This document shows positions 10,877 through 24,015 of a stretch of 64,000 bases of DNA, in pieces. Location: positions 89,282,001 through 89,346,000 of the forward strand of contig NC_058368.1 of assembly GCF_018350175.1 (NCBI RefSeq). The letters run 5' to 3'. The notes under the pieces were generated by a model, which did no database searches, had not been told where the DNA came from, and was given only the letters and a program-made list of their open reading frames with translations. A program made the translations under genes and the position numbers. Source of the stretch: Felis catus. Taxonomy: Eukaryota. Positions within the stretch are counted from its first letter, which is position 1; every line of letters begins with the position of its first letter.

Positions 10877-13800
10877 AATAAATAAATAAATAAATACCAA
10901 AAGCAATAAACATTAGAAAGGACCAGAGAACACCACCAGAAACTCCAACTCTACAAGCATCATAATGACAATAAATTCATATCTTTCAGTACTCACTCTA
11001 AACGTCAATCAACTGAATGCTCCAATCAAAAGACATAGGGTAACAGAATGGATAAGAAAACAAGATCCATCTATATGCTGTTTACAAGAGACCCACTTTA
11101 GACCTAAAGCACCTTCATATTGAAAATGAGGGGATGGAAAACCATCTATCATGCTAATGGTCAACAAAAGAAAGCTGGAGTAACCATACTTATATCGGAC
11201 AATCTAGACTTTATTTTGGGGGGGGGTTGTCTCATATTTTCATTATTTATTTGTTTATTTATTTTTAAATATGAAATTTATTGTCAAATTGGTTTCCATA
11301 CAACATCCAGTGCTCATCCCAAAAGATGCCCTCCTCAACACCCATCACACACCCTCCCCTCCCTCCCACCCCCATCAACCCTCAGTTTGTTCTCAGCAGA
11401 AAATCTAGACTTCAAAATAAAGACTGTATCAAGAGATGCAGAAAGGCATTATATCATAATCAAGGGGTCTATCCACCAAGAAGACCTAACAATTGGAAAC
11501 ATTTATGCACTAAATGTGGAGCACCCAAATATATAGATCAATTAATCACAAACATAAAGAAACTCATCAATAGTAATACCATAATAGTGGGAAACTTCAA
11601 CACCCCACTCACAGCAATGGACAGATCATCTAATCAAAAAAATCAACAAGGAAACAATGCTTTGAAGGACACACTGGACCAGATGGACTTAACAGATATA
11701 TTCAAAACATTTCATCCTAAAGGAGCAAGGTATACATTCTTCTCCAGTGCACATGGAACGTTCTCTGGGATAGACTATATACTGGGACACAAATCAGCCC
11801 TAAGTAAGTACAAAAAGATCGAGATCATACCGTGCATATTTTCAGACCACAATGCTATGAAACTCGAAATCGACCACACACACACACACACAAAAATTTG
11901 GAAAGGTAACAAATACTTGGAGACTGAAGAACATCCTACTAAAGAATGAATGGGCCAACCACCAGTTAAAGAGGAAATTCAAAAGTATATGGAAGTCAAT
12001 GAAAATGATAACACCACAACCCAAAACTCTGGGACACAGCAAAGGCGGTCATAAGAGGAAAGTATATAGCAATCCAAGCCTTCCTAAAGAAGGAAGAAAG
12101 ATCTCAGATACACAACCTAACCTTATGCCTTAAGGAGCTGGAAAAAAACAGCAAATAAAACCCAAAACCAGCAGAAGACAGGAAATAATAAATATTAGAG
12201 CAGAAACTAATGCTATTGAAACCAAAAACAAACAAACAAACAGTAGAACAGATCAATGAAACCAGAAGCTGGTTCTTAATTTTGTTATCAAAATTGATAA
12301 TTTAAACTAGCCAGTTTGATCAAAAAGAAAAAAAAAGGACCCAAATAAATAAAATCAAGAATGAAAGAGGAGAGATCACAACCAACACAACAAAAATAAA
12401 AACAATAAGAGAATATTATGAGCAATTATATGGCAATAAAATGGGTAATCTGGAAGAAATAGACAAATTTCTAGAAACATATACACTACCAAAACTGAAA
12501 CAGGAAGAAATAGAAAATTTGAACAGACCCATAACCAGTAAGAAAATCGAATTAGTAATCAAAAATCTGCCAAAAAAAACAAGAGTCCAGGGCCAGATGG
12601 CTTTCCAGGGGAATTCTACCAAACATTTAATGAAGAGTTAACACCTATTCTCTTGAAACTCTTCCAAAAAAATAGAAATGGAAGGAAAATTTCCAAACTC
12701 TTTCTATGAAGCCAGCATTACCTTGATTCCAAAACCAGAGACCACACGAAAAAGGAGAACTATAGATCTATTTCCCTGATGAACATGGATGCAAAAATCC
12801 TCAGCAAGATATCAGCCAACCAGATCCAACAATACATTAAAAAAAATATTCACCACGACCAAGTGGGATTTATAACTGGAATGCAGGACTGGTTATATAT
12901 CGGCAAAACAATTAATGTGATTCATCACATCAATAAAAGAAAGGACAAGAACCATATGATCCTCTCAATAGATGCAGAGAAAGCATTTGACAAAATATAG
13001 CATCCTTTCTTGATAAAAACCCTCAAGAAAGTAGGGATCGAAGGAGCATACCTCGAGATCATAAAAGCCATATATGAACTAGCCAATGATAATATCATCC
13101 TCAATGGGGAAAAAAACTGAGAGCTTTCCCCCTAAGGTCAGAAACAAGACAGGGATGTCCACTCTCGCCACTGTTATTCAAGATAGTATTGGAAGTCTTA
13201 GCCTCTGCAATCAGACAACACAAAGAAATAAAAGGCATTCCAAATCGTCCAGGAGGAGGTCAAACTTTTACTCTTTGCAGACGACATGATACTCTGTATG
13301 GAAAACCCAAAAGATCCCACCAAAAAACTGCTAGGATTGATTCATGAACTCAGCAAAGTTGCAGGATATAAAATCAATGCACAGAAATCAGTTGCATTCC
13401 TATACACCAACAATGAAGTGACACAAAGAGAAATCAAGGAATTGATCCTATTTACAGTTGCACAAAAAACCATAAAATACCTAGCAGTAAATCTAACCAA
13501 AGAGGTGAAAAATCTATATGCTGAAAACTATAGAAATCTTATGAAAGAAATTGAAGAAGACACAAAAAAAAATGGAAAAAGATTCATTGCTCCTGGATAG
13601 GAAGAACAAATATTGTTAAAATGTCGATACTACCCAAAGCAATCTACATATTCAATGCAATTCCTATCAAAGTAACACCAGCATTCATCACAGAGCTAGA
13701 ACAAATAATCCTAAATTTTGTATGGAACCAGAAAAGACCCCAAATAGCCAGTGTAATATTGAATAAGACCTAAGCAGGAGGCATCACAATCCCAGACTTC

Positions 13801-15227
13801 AAGCTATACAACAGAGCTGTAATCATCAAGACCGTATGGTACTGGCACAATAGCAGACACTCAGATCAATGGAACAGAAGAGAGAATCCAGAAATGGACC
13901 CACAAACGTATGGCCACAATCTTTGACAAAGCAGGAAAGAATATCTAGCGGAATAAAGACAGTCTCTTCAGCAACTGGTGCTGGGAAAACTGGACAGTGA
14001 CATGCAGAAAAATGAACCTGGACCACTTTCTTACACCATACACAAAAATAAATTCAAAATGGATGAAACACCTCAATGTAAGACAGAAGCCATCAAAATC
14101 CTTGAGGAGAAAGCAGGCAAAAACTGCTTTGATTTTGGCCGCAGCAACTTCTTACTCAACATGTTTCCAGAGGCAAGGGAAACAAAAGCGAAAATAAACT
14201 ACTGGGACCTCATCAAAATAAAAATCTTCTGCACAGCGAAGGAAACAATCAGCAAAACTAAAAGACAACCGACAGAATGGGAGAAGATATTCGCAAATGA
14301 CATATCAGATAAAGGGTTAGTATCCAATCTATAAAGAACTTATCAAACTCAACACCCAAAAACCAAATAACCCAGTGAAGAAATGGGCAAAAGACATGAA
14401 TAGACACTTCTCCAAAGAAGACATCCAGATGGTCAACCGACACATGAAAAAATGCTCAACATCACTCATTATCAGGGAAATACAAATCAAAACCACAATG
14501 AGATACCACCTTACTCCTATCAGAATGGCTAACATGAACAACTCAGGCAACAACAGATGTTGGTGAGGATGTGGAGAAAAAGGATCTCTTTTGTACTGCT
14601 GGTGGAAATGCAAGCTGGTACAGCCACTCTGGAAAACAGTGTGGAGGTTCCTCAAAAAGCTAAAAATAGAAATACCCTACGACGCAGCAATTGCACTACT
14701 AGGCATTTACCCATGGGATACAAGTGTGCAGTTTTGAAGGGACACATGCATCCCCATGTTGTAGCAGCACTATCAACAATAGCCAAAGTATGGAAAGAGC
14801 CCAAATGTCCACCAATGGATGAATGGATAAAGAAGATGTGGTATATATATATACACAATGTAGTACTACTCGGCAATCAAAAAGAATGAAATCTTGCCAT
14901 TTGCAACTACGTGGATGGAACTAGAGGGTATTATGCTAAGTGAAATTAGTCAGAGAAAGACAAAAATCATATGACTTCACTCATATGAGGACTTTAAGAA
15001 ACAAAACAGATGAACATAAGGGAAGGGAAACAAAAATAATATAAAAACAAGGAGGGGGACAAAACAGAAGAGACTCATAGAGCACAAACTGAGGGTTACT
15101 AAGGGGTTGTGGGAGGGGGGAGGAGCTAAATGGGTAAGGGGTATTAAGGAATCTACTCCTGAAATCATTGTTTCACTATATGCTAACTAATTTGGATGTA
15201 ATTTTTAAAAATAAAAAAATTAAATTA
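10877..15227 (+). mobile_element. L1 'B', 3' part: decayed ORF2 from ~10965, 3'UTR, A-rich tail
   Basis: Continues after the L1 C TSD; many ORF2 fragments in the ORF track; tail is followed by the TSD copy at 15233-15243. Confidence 0.93.
11212..11396 (-). mobile_element. Short antisense L1 3'-end insertion in L1 B ORF2
   Basis: Reverse complement of the young L1 3'UTR end; TSD core AATCTAGACTT (11201-11211, 11402-11412). Confidence 0.9.
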
Positions 15228-15232
15228 AAAAA

Positions 15233-18200
15233 ATGTGGAAACAAATGAAAACGAAAATACAACACCCAAACCCTTTGGGATGTGGCAAAGGCAGTCCTAA
15301 AAGGAAAATACATTACAATCCTGGCCTATCTCAAGAAACAAGAAAATTCCCAAACACAAAATCTAACAGCACACCTAAAGGAACTAGAAGCAGAACAGCA
15401 AAGACACCCCAAACCCAGCAGAAGAAGAGAAATAATAAAGATCAGAGCAGAAATAAACAATATAGAATCCAAAAAACAGTAGAACAGATCAAACAAACCA
15501 AGAGTTGGTTTTTTGAAAAAATAAACAAAATTGATAGACCTCTAGCGAGGCTTCTCCAAAAGAAAAGAGAGAAGACCCAAATACGTAAAATCATGAACGA
15601 AAATGGATTACAACCAATCCTTAGAAATACGAGCAAGTATCAGGGAATACTATGAAAAATTATATGCCAACAAAATGGAAAACCTGGAAGAAATGGACAA
15701 ATTCCTAAACACCCACACAATACCAAAACTCAAATGGGAAGAAATAGGAAATTTGAACAGACCCATAACTAGTGAAGACATTGAATCAGTCATCAAAAAT
15801 CTACCAAAAAATAAAAGTCCTGGATCAGATGGCTTCCCTGGGGAATTCTACCAAACATTTAAGCAGAGATACTACCTATCCTTCTCAAGGTGTTCCAAAA
15901 AATAGAAATGGAGGGAAAACTTCTGGACTCATTTATGAAGTCAGCATTACTTTGATTCCCAAACCAGACAGAGACCCAGCAAAAAAAGAGAACTACAGGC
16001 CAAAATCCCCGATGAATATGGATGCAAAAATTCTCAATAAGATACTAACAAATCAAATTCAACAGCATTTACAAAGAATTATTCACCATGATCAAGTGGG
16101 ATTCACTCCTTGGCTGCAGGGCTAGTTCAATATTTGCAAATCAGTCAATGTGATACATCACATTAGTAAAAGATAGGATAAGAACCATATAATACTGTCA
16201 CTAGATGCAGAAAAAGCATTTGACAAAATACAGCATCCTTTCTTAATAAAATCCCTTGAGAAAGTTGGGATAGAAGGAACATACATAAACCTCATAGAAG
16301 CCATTTATGAAAAGCCCACAGCTACTATCATCCTCAATAGGGAAAAACTGAGAGTTTTCCCCCTGAGATCAGGAACACAGCAGGGATGCCCACCCTCACC
16401 ACTGTTGTTTAACATAGGGTTGGAAGTTCTAGCATCAGCAATCAGATAACAAAAGGAAATCAAAGGCATCAAAATTGGCAAAGATGAAGTCAAGCATTCA
16501 CTTTTTGCAGATGACATATTATACATGGAAATTCCAATACACTCCACCAAAAGTCTGCTAGAAATGATATGTGAATTCAGCAAAGTCGCAGGATACAAAA
16601 TCAATGTACAGATATCAGTTGCATTCTTATACACTAATAAAGAAGCAACTGAAAGACAAATAAAGAAACTGGTCCCATTCACAATTGCACCAAGAATCAT
16701 AAAATACCTGGGAATAAACCTAACCAAAGATGTAAAAGATCTGTATGCTGAAAATTATAGAAAGCTTATGAAGGAAATTGAAGAAGATATTAAAAAATGG
16801 AAAAACATTCTGTGCTCGTGGATTGGAAGAATAAATACTATTAAAATGTCAATACTACCCAAAGCTATCTACACATTCAATGCAATCCCAATCAAAATTG
16901 CACCAGCATTCTTCTTGAAGCTAGAACAAGCAATCCGAAAATTGGTTGGAACCACAAAAGACCCTGAATAGCCAAAGTAATTTTGAAGAAGACCAAAGCG
17001 GGAGGCATCACAATCCCAGACTTTAGCCTCCACTACAAAGCTGTCATCATCAAGACAGCATGGTATTGGCACAAAAACAGACACGTAGACCAATGGAATA
17101 GAATAGAAACCCCAGAACTAGACCCACACAAGTATGGCCAACTAATGTTTGACAAAGCAGGAAAGAATATCCGATGGAAAAAAGTCTCTTTAACAAATGG
17201 TGCTGGGAGAACTGGACAGCAACATGCAGAAGGATGAAACTAGACCACTTTCTTACACCATACACAAAAATAAAATCAAAATGGATAAAGAACCGGGATA
17301 TGAGTCAGAAAACCATCAAACCCTAGAGGAGAAAGCAGGAAAAAACCTCTCTGACCTCACTGCAGCAATTTCTTACTTGACACATCCCCAAAAACAAGGG
17401 AATTAAAAGCAAAAATGAACTATTGGGACCTCACGAAGATAAAAAGTTTCTGCACTGCAAAGGAAACAATCAACAAAACTAAAAGGCAACCAACGGAATG
17501 GGAAAAAATATTTGCTAGTGACATATTAGACAAAGGGCTAGTATCCAAAATCTATACAGAACTCACCAAACTCCATACCTGAAAAACAAATAATCCAGTG
17601 AAGAAATGGGCAGAAGACATGAATAGACACTCCTCTAAAGAAGACATCCAGATGGCCAAAGGCACATGAAAAGATGTTCAACGTTGCTCCTTATCAGGGA
17701 AATACAAATCAAAACCACACTGAGATACCACCTCACGCCAGTCAGAGTGGCCAAAATGAACAAATCAGGAGACTATAGATGCTGATGAGGATGTGGAGAA
17801 ACGGGAACCCTCTTGCACTGTTGGTGGGAATGCAAACTGGTGCAGTCACTCTGGCAAACAGTGTGGAGGTTCCTCAAAAAATTAAAAATAAAACTACTCT
17901 ATGACCCAGCAATAGCACTGCTAGGAATTTACCCAAGGGATACAGGAGTGCTGATGCATAGGGGCACTTGTACCCCAATGTTTATAGCAGCACTTTCAAC
18001 AATAGACAAATTATGGAAAGAGCCTAATGAATGGATAGAGAAGATGTGGTTTATATATACAATGGAATACTACTTGGCAATGAGAAAGAATGAAATCTTG
18101 CCATTTGCAGCAACGTGGATGGAACTGGAGGGTATTATGCCAAGTGAAATAAGTCAGTCAGACAAAGACAGATACCATATGGTTTCATTCATACGTGGAT

Positions 18201-18430
18201 CTTGTAAAACTTAACAGAAGTCCATGGGGGAGGGGGAGGGGAAACAAATTTACAAACAGAGAGGGAGGGAGGCAAACCACAAGAACCTCTTAAATACAGA
18301 GAACAAACTAAGAGTTGATGGGGGATGGGGGAGAGGGGAAAGTGGGTGATGGGCAGTGAGGAGGGCGCTTGTTGGGATGAGCACTGTGTGTTGTATCGAA
18401 GCCAATTTGACAATAAATTATATTTAAAAA
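15233..18430 (+). mobile_element. L1 'A', 3' part: rest of ORF2, 3'UTR, tail
   Basis: Resumes ORF2 exactly where it broke at 1864 (...KYMETNEN... region); ends AATAAATTATATTTAAAAA. Confidence 0.93.
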
Positions 18431-18446
18431 TAAAAATTAAAACTTG

Positions 18447-18662
18447 GGGGCGCCTGGGTGGCACAGTCGGTTAAGCGTCCGACTTCAGCCAGGTCACGAT
18501 CTCGCGGTCCGGGAGTTCGAGCCCCGCGTCGGGCTCTGGGCTGATGGCTCAGAGCCTGGAGCCTGTTTCCGATTCTGTGTCTCCCTCTCTCTCTGCCCCT
18601 CGCCCGTTCATGCTCTGTCTCTCTCCGTCCCAAAAATAAATAAACGTTGAAAAAAAAAAAAC
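18447..18662 (+). mobile_element. Can-SINE (SINEC_Fc type)
   Basis: Full head, CT region and tail; TSD AAACTTG (18440-18446, 18663-18669). Confidence 0.95.
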
Positions 18663-19815
18663 AAACTTGGATGAAAGACCTAAATATGAGACAGGAAACC
18701 ATCAAAATCCTAGAGGAGAACACAGGCAACAACCTCTTTGTCCTCAGCCAGAGAAACTTCTTACTAAACATGTCACCAGAGGCAAGGGAAACAAAAGCAA
18801 AAAGGAAATATTGGAACTTCATCAAGATAAAAAGGTTCTGCACAGTGAAGAAAACAATAAACAAAACTAAAAAGAAACCTATGGAATGGGAGAAGATATT
18901 TGCAAATGACATATCTGATAAACCATTAGTATCCAAAATCTATAAGGAACTTATAAAACTCAACACCCGAAAAACAAATAATCCAGTTAAAAAATGGGCA
19001 GAAGACACACAGCGACATTTTCCCAAAGGCATCCAGATGTCTAGTAGATGCATGAAAAGATGCTCAACGTCACTTATCATCAGGGAAATACAAATCAAAA
19101 CCACAATGAGATACGATGTCACACTTGTCAGAATGGCTGAAATTAACAACACAGGAAAAAAGATATTGGCGAGGATGTGGAGAAAGAAGAACCCTTACAC
19201 TGTTGATGGGAATGCAAACTGGTGCAGCTACTCTGAAAAATAGCATAGAAGCTCCTCAAAATCTAAAAAATAGTACTACCCTATAATCCAGAAATTCCAC
19301 TACTAGGTGTTTACCTAAAGGATACAAAAATACAGATTTGAAGGGTTTGCGTGTGTGTGTGTGTGTGTGTGTACACATACATACACATAGCTACAGTGGA
19401 ATATTACTCAGCCATCAAAAAGAATGAAATTTTGCCATTTACAATGACCTGGGTGGAGCTAGAGTGTATTATGCTATGTAAAATAAGTCAGTCAGAGAAA
19501 GACAATTACCATATAATTTCAATCATATGTGGAATGTAAGAAACAAAACAGATGAACATATGGGAAGTGGAAAAATGGAGAGAGAGAAATAAACTATAAA
19601 GACTCTTAACAATAGAGAACAAACTGAGGGTCTATGGAGGGAGGTGGGCAGGAGATGGGCTAAATGGGTGATGAGTATTAAGGAAGGCACTTGTCATGAT
19701 GAATGTTGCGTGCTATATGTAAGTGATGAATCACTAAGTTGTACTCCTGAAACTAATATACATTATAATTAACTAGAATTTAAATAAAAAATTGAAAAAT
19801 AAATACATAAATAAA
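18663..19815 (+). mobile_element. Older L1 'D', ORF2 C-terminus and 3'UTR (probable host of L1 A)
   Basis: WMKDLNMRQETIKILEE... ORF2 fragment, an older-type 3'UTR and an A-rich tail. Confidence 0.88.
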
Positions 19816-21904
19816 AAGGCACGATTAATACAGTAAATACAAATCTAAATAGTATTAAGGAGGAAAATATGATCATCTCAAGACATACAGCAATGTCATT
19901 TCATGAAATTCAACACCTATTTGTGATCACTGATGCCAAGCTAGGAATAATAGGAATTTTCTATTTACTTTTAGGTACACTTGAAATTAATGTACATTGA
20001 AATTAATGAATGTTTAAAATTCATAATATATAAGTAATAAGCATAATATAAGATGTGCGAAGAGTTTGTGCTACAAAACATGCTAAGAAAAATTAAAGAA
20101 TCTGAATGGAGAGATTTACCATATTTATGGATTTGAATCCTCCATGTTGTAAGGATGTAAGTACACAAATAAGTTTGTGATTTAATTGTTTGGTAAGTAA
20201 ATTGCAAACATACTGGACAATGAAAAAATTGAATAGTTCTATAACACATAAAGGCAAAGCTAGAATGACTATAAAATTGATTGTTCAACCTGGGACACAC
20301 TGGAGAGGGAAAGGGGGTTCTACAGATTACACAATGAAGACAGGCATAATAACTAGATCATAAGACTGTCCATAGCAAACTGAGAGAGGACTGAGCTTAC
20401 AGAAATGTCTGAGAGTGTTTGGATGACACCTGGCTCCCATGACACTCCTGACTCATAAAGAAGAGTATTCTTCTTTCCTTCCCACTGGGTTATAAAATCC
20501 TTGGGGCCAAGGTAGTGTTCATCCCCTACTTTTGATTCAAGCATATTACCCAGTGCTCTGCATATCATGGGTTTTCTGTAGATATAGGCTGACTTCATGG
20601 GGCAACTAAAGAACACATGTGGATTGTGTGGTTCTGGGAGAGCCTACAAGGACAGTCACTAGATGTAGACCCCCATGAGTGACTGGGGGGGTGTCACTGG
20701 GGAAGTGTGGAATGTGTCCGTTGTGGGAGATAGAAAACCAAGAAACTTGTTCCCCATTCCTGTGGCCTTGCTGCCCCATGGCCCTCCCCTGACCAGGTTT
20801 CCTTTCCTCACAGTGTACCCACTGGCCCTCTTCCCAGTTCTGTCCCCAAGGTCCCTGTTTGAGTTTCCTTAATTGTCAGCTGGGGAGCTCTTGTTCCAGG
20901 GCTGGAGTTTGTGGTCTCCCCCAGGACTCCACAACTTCACCCTCCTCAATCAGGGTTGGTATTAAGTATTGCATGGGCAGTGGGAATAGCCTGCAATCCA
21001 GGTTGAGAGCAGCCCATGTAAGGTGAATGGACATCACTAGGTAGGCATGAACATATAGTCCTGGCATAGACCCCATCTGCCTACTGCCATCTGCTGAATC
21101 CCCCTTCTTCTTCTACCCTTGGCTAAGAAGAAGCTGTTGTCTGTCTAAGATCCACCATTAGAGTTAAGGAGTTCATAGTTTGGCTGAGAGGTTGGGGATG
21201 GGGGTGGAACTTAAGAAGAAGATCAGAGCTCCAGTGAGAGGTTCCTTCCTCTCCACTCTAACACAGTAAATGCAAATTCAGGGGAAGGGTGATATTCCTC
21301 CACAGGATAGCTGTTGAATGTGTTTTCCTCCAGGAAACCCACTCGACTGTGAGTGAGGGTCTTTTTCCTATCACCTGCTTCTCTCTTCCTTGTAGTTCTT
21401 ATTACTGTTTGCAGGTCATTTCTTCATTTCTATTTGTATATCAGCATTTCTTCTTCCTCTTATTGTCTCCCTCCTTCAGGATCTTGTTTCCCTCCTTTTG
21501 CGGCAGAAGGGCAAGGGTTGAGCATATTCTTTGTAGTGTTATGTTTCTTCTCACTCTTTCTTCTAGTCCTCTTCCTTTTATGTATTTCTCTCCTTTTTTT
21601 TTCTAAATGTCTCATTATTTTTTTCCCTTTCCTCTTTTCTTCTCTGTAGATTCAAGGCTCAGTGATGGGTTCCTGGGTTGAATAATGATCTAAAGCTTAA
21701 AGACAAAGCATGAGTGGGGAAGGAAGGAAAGGGCTGAAAGGAGACATGGAATCACCTTGTCCCCAAAAGAATATTATAGAGACAAGGTGACTTCTTTCTA
21801 GAGAGACAATGAAGCCACTAATTAAACAGAGAGAAATAAATTTAGAAAGCAGGAAATGAGCATGTGAGATGCTAGGATAGTTTCTTGAGTTGTTTGCACG
21901 TTAC

Positions 21905-22850
21905 AATTATTAATTCAACAATATTTACTGAGGACATAATATATGCCAGGCACCTTTTTTGGAGCCAGTTATCCTGCCATGAGCAAAAGTGGCATCAGGA
22001 ATATAGGTTCTTAAAAAAAAAGGGAAATATAGGTTCTCACTGGTAAAGCAGAGAACAAATCCAAGTGAATTAAATGTGGCATGCCTGGTGGTGTTAAGTA
22101 CTCTGAGAAATATAAGGCAAAGAAGGAACAGGGAAGAAAGGATTTGAACTCCAAATGGGTTTTAAGGAAGTCCTGGTTGAGAATGTGAGGAGGATGTGAG
22201 GGAACAATGTGGACCATATCTGGAAAGAGCCTTCCATGAAGAAGGAGGAGAAAGTGCCAGGGGTCCTGAGGCTGGTGTCTGCCTGCTGTGTGAGAGGAAC
22301 CCAAGCAGGGGCTGGTGGGCCATGAACTGGAGTAGTCAAGGGAATTTCAGGGATAGCCAAAAAAAAAAAAAAAAAAGGAAGTATTGGTGGTGACGGAAGG
22401 CTGGCCAAAAATGTCTAGCTTTAGTCTGAGATGGGTTCATTCCAGTGCTAAGTGACAAATAGACTAGCATGGGAGCAAGGGTGAAATGGGAGGCAAGTTC
22501 ACTTAGGGGTCATTGTTATGATCTAGAAAAGCAGTAATAGTGATGTGGTCAGTTGGAAGCTGGCAGGAGTAAAAAGTGGTCAGGAGTGAAAAGCCAGCAG
22601 CAGTTTCTGGTGGTTGGGATGTGAGAGGGAAGGAAAGGATTCAAGATGACCCATGTATTATCTCCTGAGAAACTAGAGAGACCTGACATTAATTAAGTTG
22701 AGAAGTTTAAAGCAGACGTTTTTCCACTGGAGACCAAGAGCTCAGTTTGGTCACTTCAGGTGGGATAAGACCATTGGGCATTCAAGTGGAAATGCTAAGT
22801 ATGCAGTGGGTACAAGAATCAGAATTCATTTGAGCCATTCAGGATAGGGA
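21905..22850 (-). mobile_element. Ancient L2-like LINE relic
   Basis: ATTCAACAATATTTACTGAG...TGCCAGGCAC resembles the reversed L2 3' terminus, followed by purine-rich degenerate sequence. Boundaries approximate. Confidence 0.6.
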
Positions 22851-22965
22851 GAGAAACATCATTTGTGGCCAACATAGTATCTTAGTACTAGTTACATTTG
22901 CAGAAACCTTTCCTGGTAAGCTCCATATAAACTCTCATTGAGGCTCATAGAAAAGCAGTGGTGGA

Positions 22966-23535
22966 CTGCTAGGAATTTACCCAAGGGATACAGGAGCACT
23001 GATGCATAGAGGCACTTGTACCCCAATGTTTATAGCAGCACTCTCAACAATAGCCAAATTATGGAAAGAGCCTAAATGTCCATCAACTGATGAATGGATA
23101 AAAAAAAATTGTGGTTTATATACACAATGGAGTACTACGTGGCAATGAGAAAGAATGAAATATGGCCCTTTGTAGCAACATGGATGGAACTGGAGAGTGT
23201 TATGCTAAGTGAAATAAGCCATACAGAGAAACACAGATACCATATGGTTTCACTCTTATGTGGATTCTGAGAAACTTAACAGAAACCCATGGGGGAGGGG
23301 AAGGAAAAAAAAAGAAGTTAGAGTGGAAGAGAGCCAAAGCATAAGAGACTCTTAAAAACTGAGAACAAACTAAGGATTGATGGGGGGGTGGGAGGGAGGG
23401 GAGGGTGGGTGATGGGTATTGAGGAGGGCACATTTTGGGATGAGCACTGGGTGTTGTATGGAAACCAATTTGACAATAAACTTCATATATTGAAAAAAAA
23501 AGAAAATTGCCTTCCATTTCTGGAAAAAAAGAAAA
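22966..23535 (+). mobile_element. 5'-truncated young L1 with a short 3' transduced tag
   Basis: ORF2 end plus 3'UTR; 17-bp TSD AGAAAAGCAGTGGTGGA (22949-22965, 23536-23552). Confidence 0.95.
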
Positions 23536-23819
23536 AGAAAAGCAGTGGTGGAGGATGTGTGATTATCCTTCTGCAATAAAGGGCCTAAATGCTGGAAAAG
23601 GTCCACAGTTAGTGGTGACACAACTGTGTCTTGGACCCAGGACTCCAGATGTCCTTTATGGTTTTCCGTTTTAATTTCTGTTTATGCAAAAAAAAATTTT
23701 TTTTCTAGGAAAAGACACTGTGATGTAAGTGTGCTATAAGCATTTCTGATGAGACATAGAAGTGTGGAAATTGTCAGAGGTGACAGGGAGAGAGAGAGAG
23801 AGAATAATGCATGCAGCTG

Positions 23820-24015
23820 GGGCACTGGGTGGCTCAGTTGGTTAAGTGTCTGGCTCTCGATTTTAGTTCAGGTATGACCTCACAGTTTGTGAGCTCGACC
23901 CCCACATGGAGCTTTGCATGCTTGGGATTCTCTCTCCCTCTCTCTGTCTTCCCCTCCCCTGCTTGTGTGCACGCTCTCTCTCTCTCAAAATAAATAAACT
24001 TAAAAAAAAAAAGAA
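23820..24015 (+). mobile_element. Can-SINE
   Basis: SINE head and tail; TSD AATGCATGCAGCTG (23806-23819, 24016-24029). Confidence 0.93.

Noticed and set aside
21289..21649. Hydrophobic ~100-aa ORFs
   Set aside because: Artefact of a pyrimidine-rich tract (F/L/S bias); better read as intron-like sequence.
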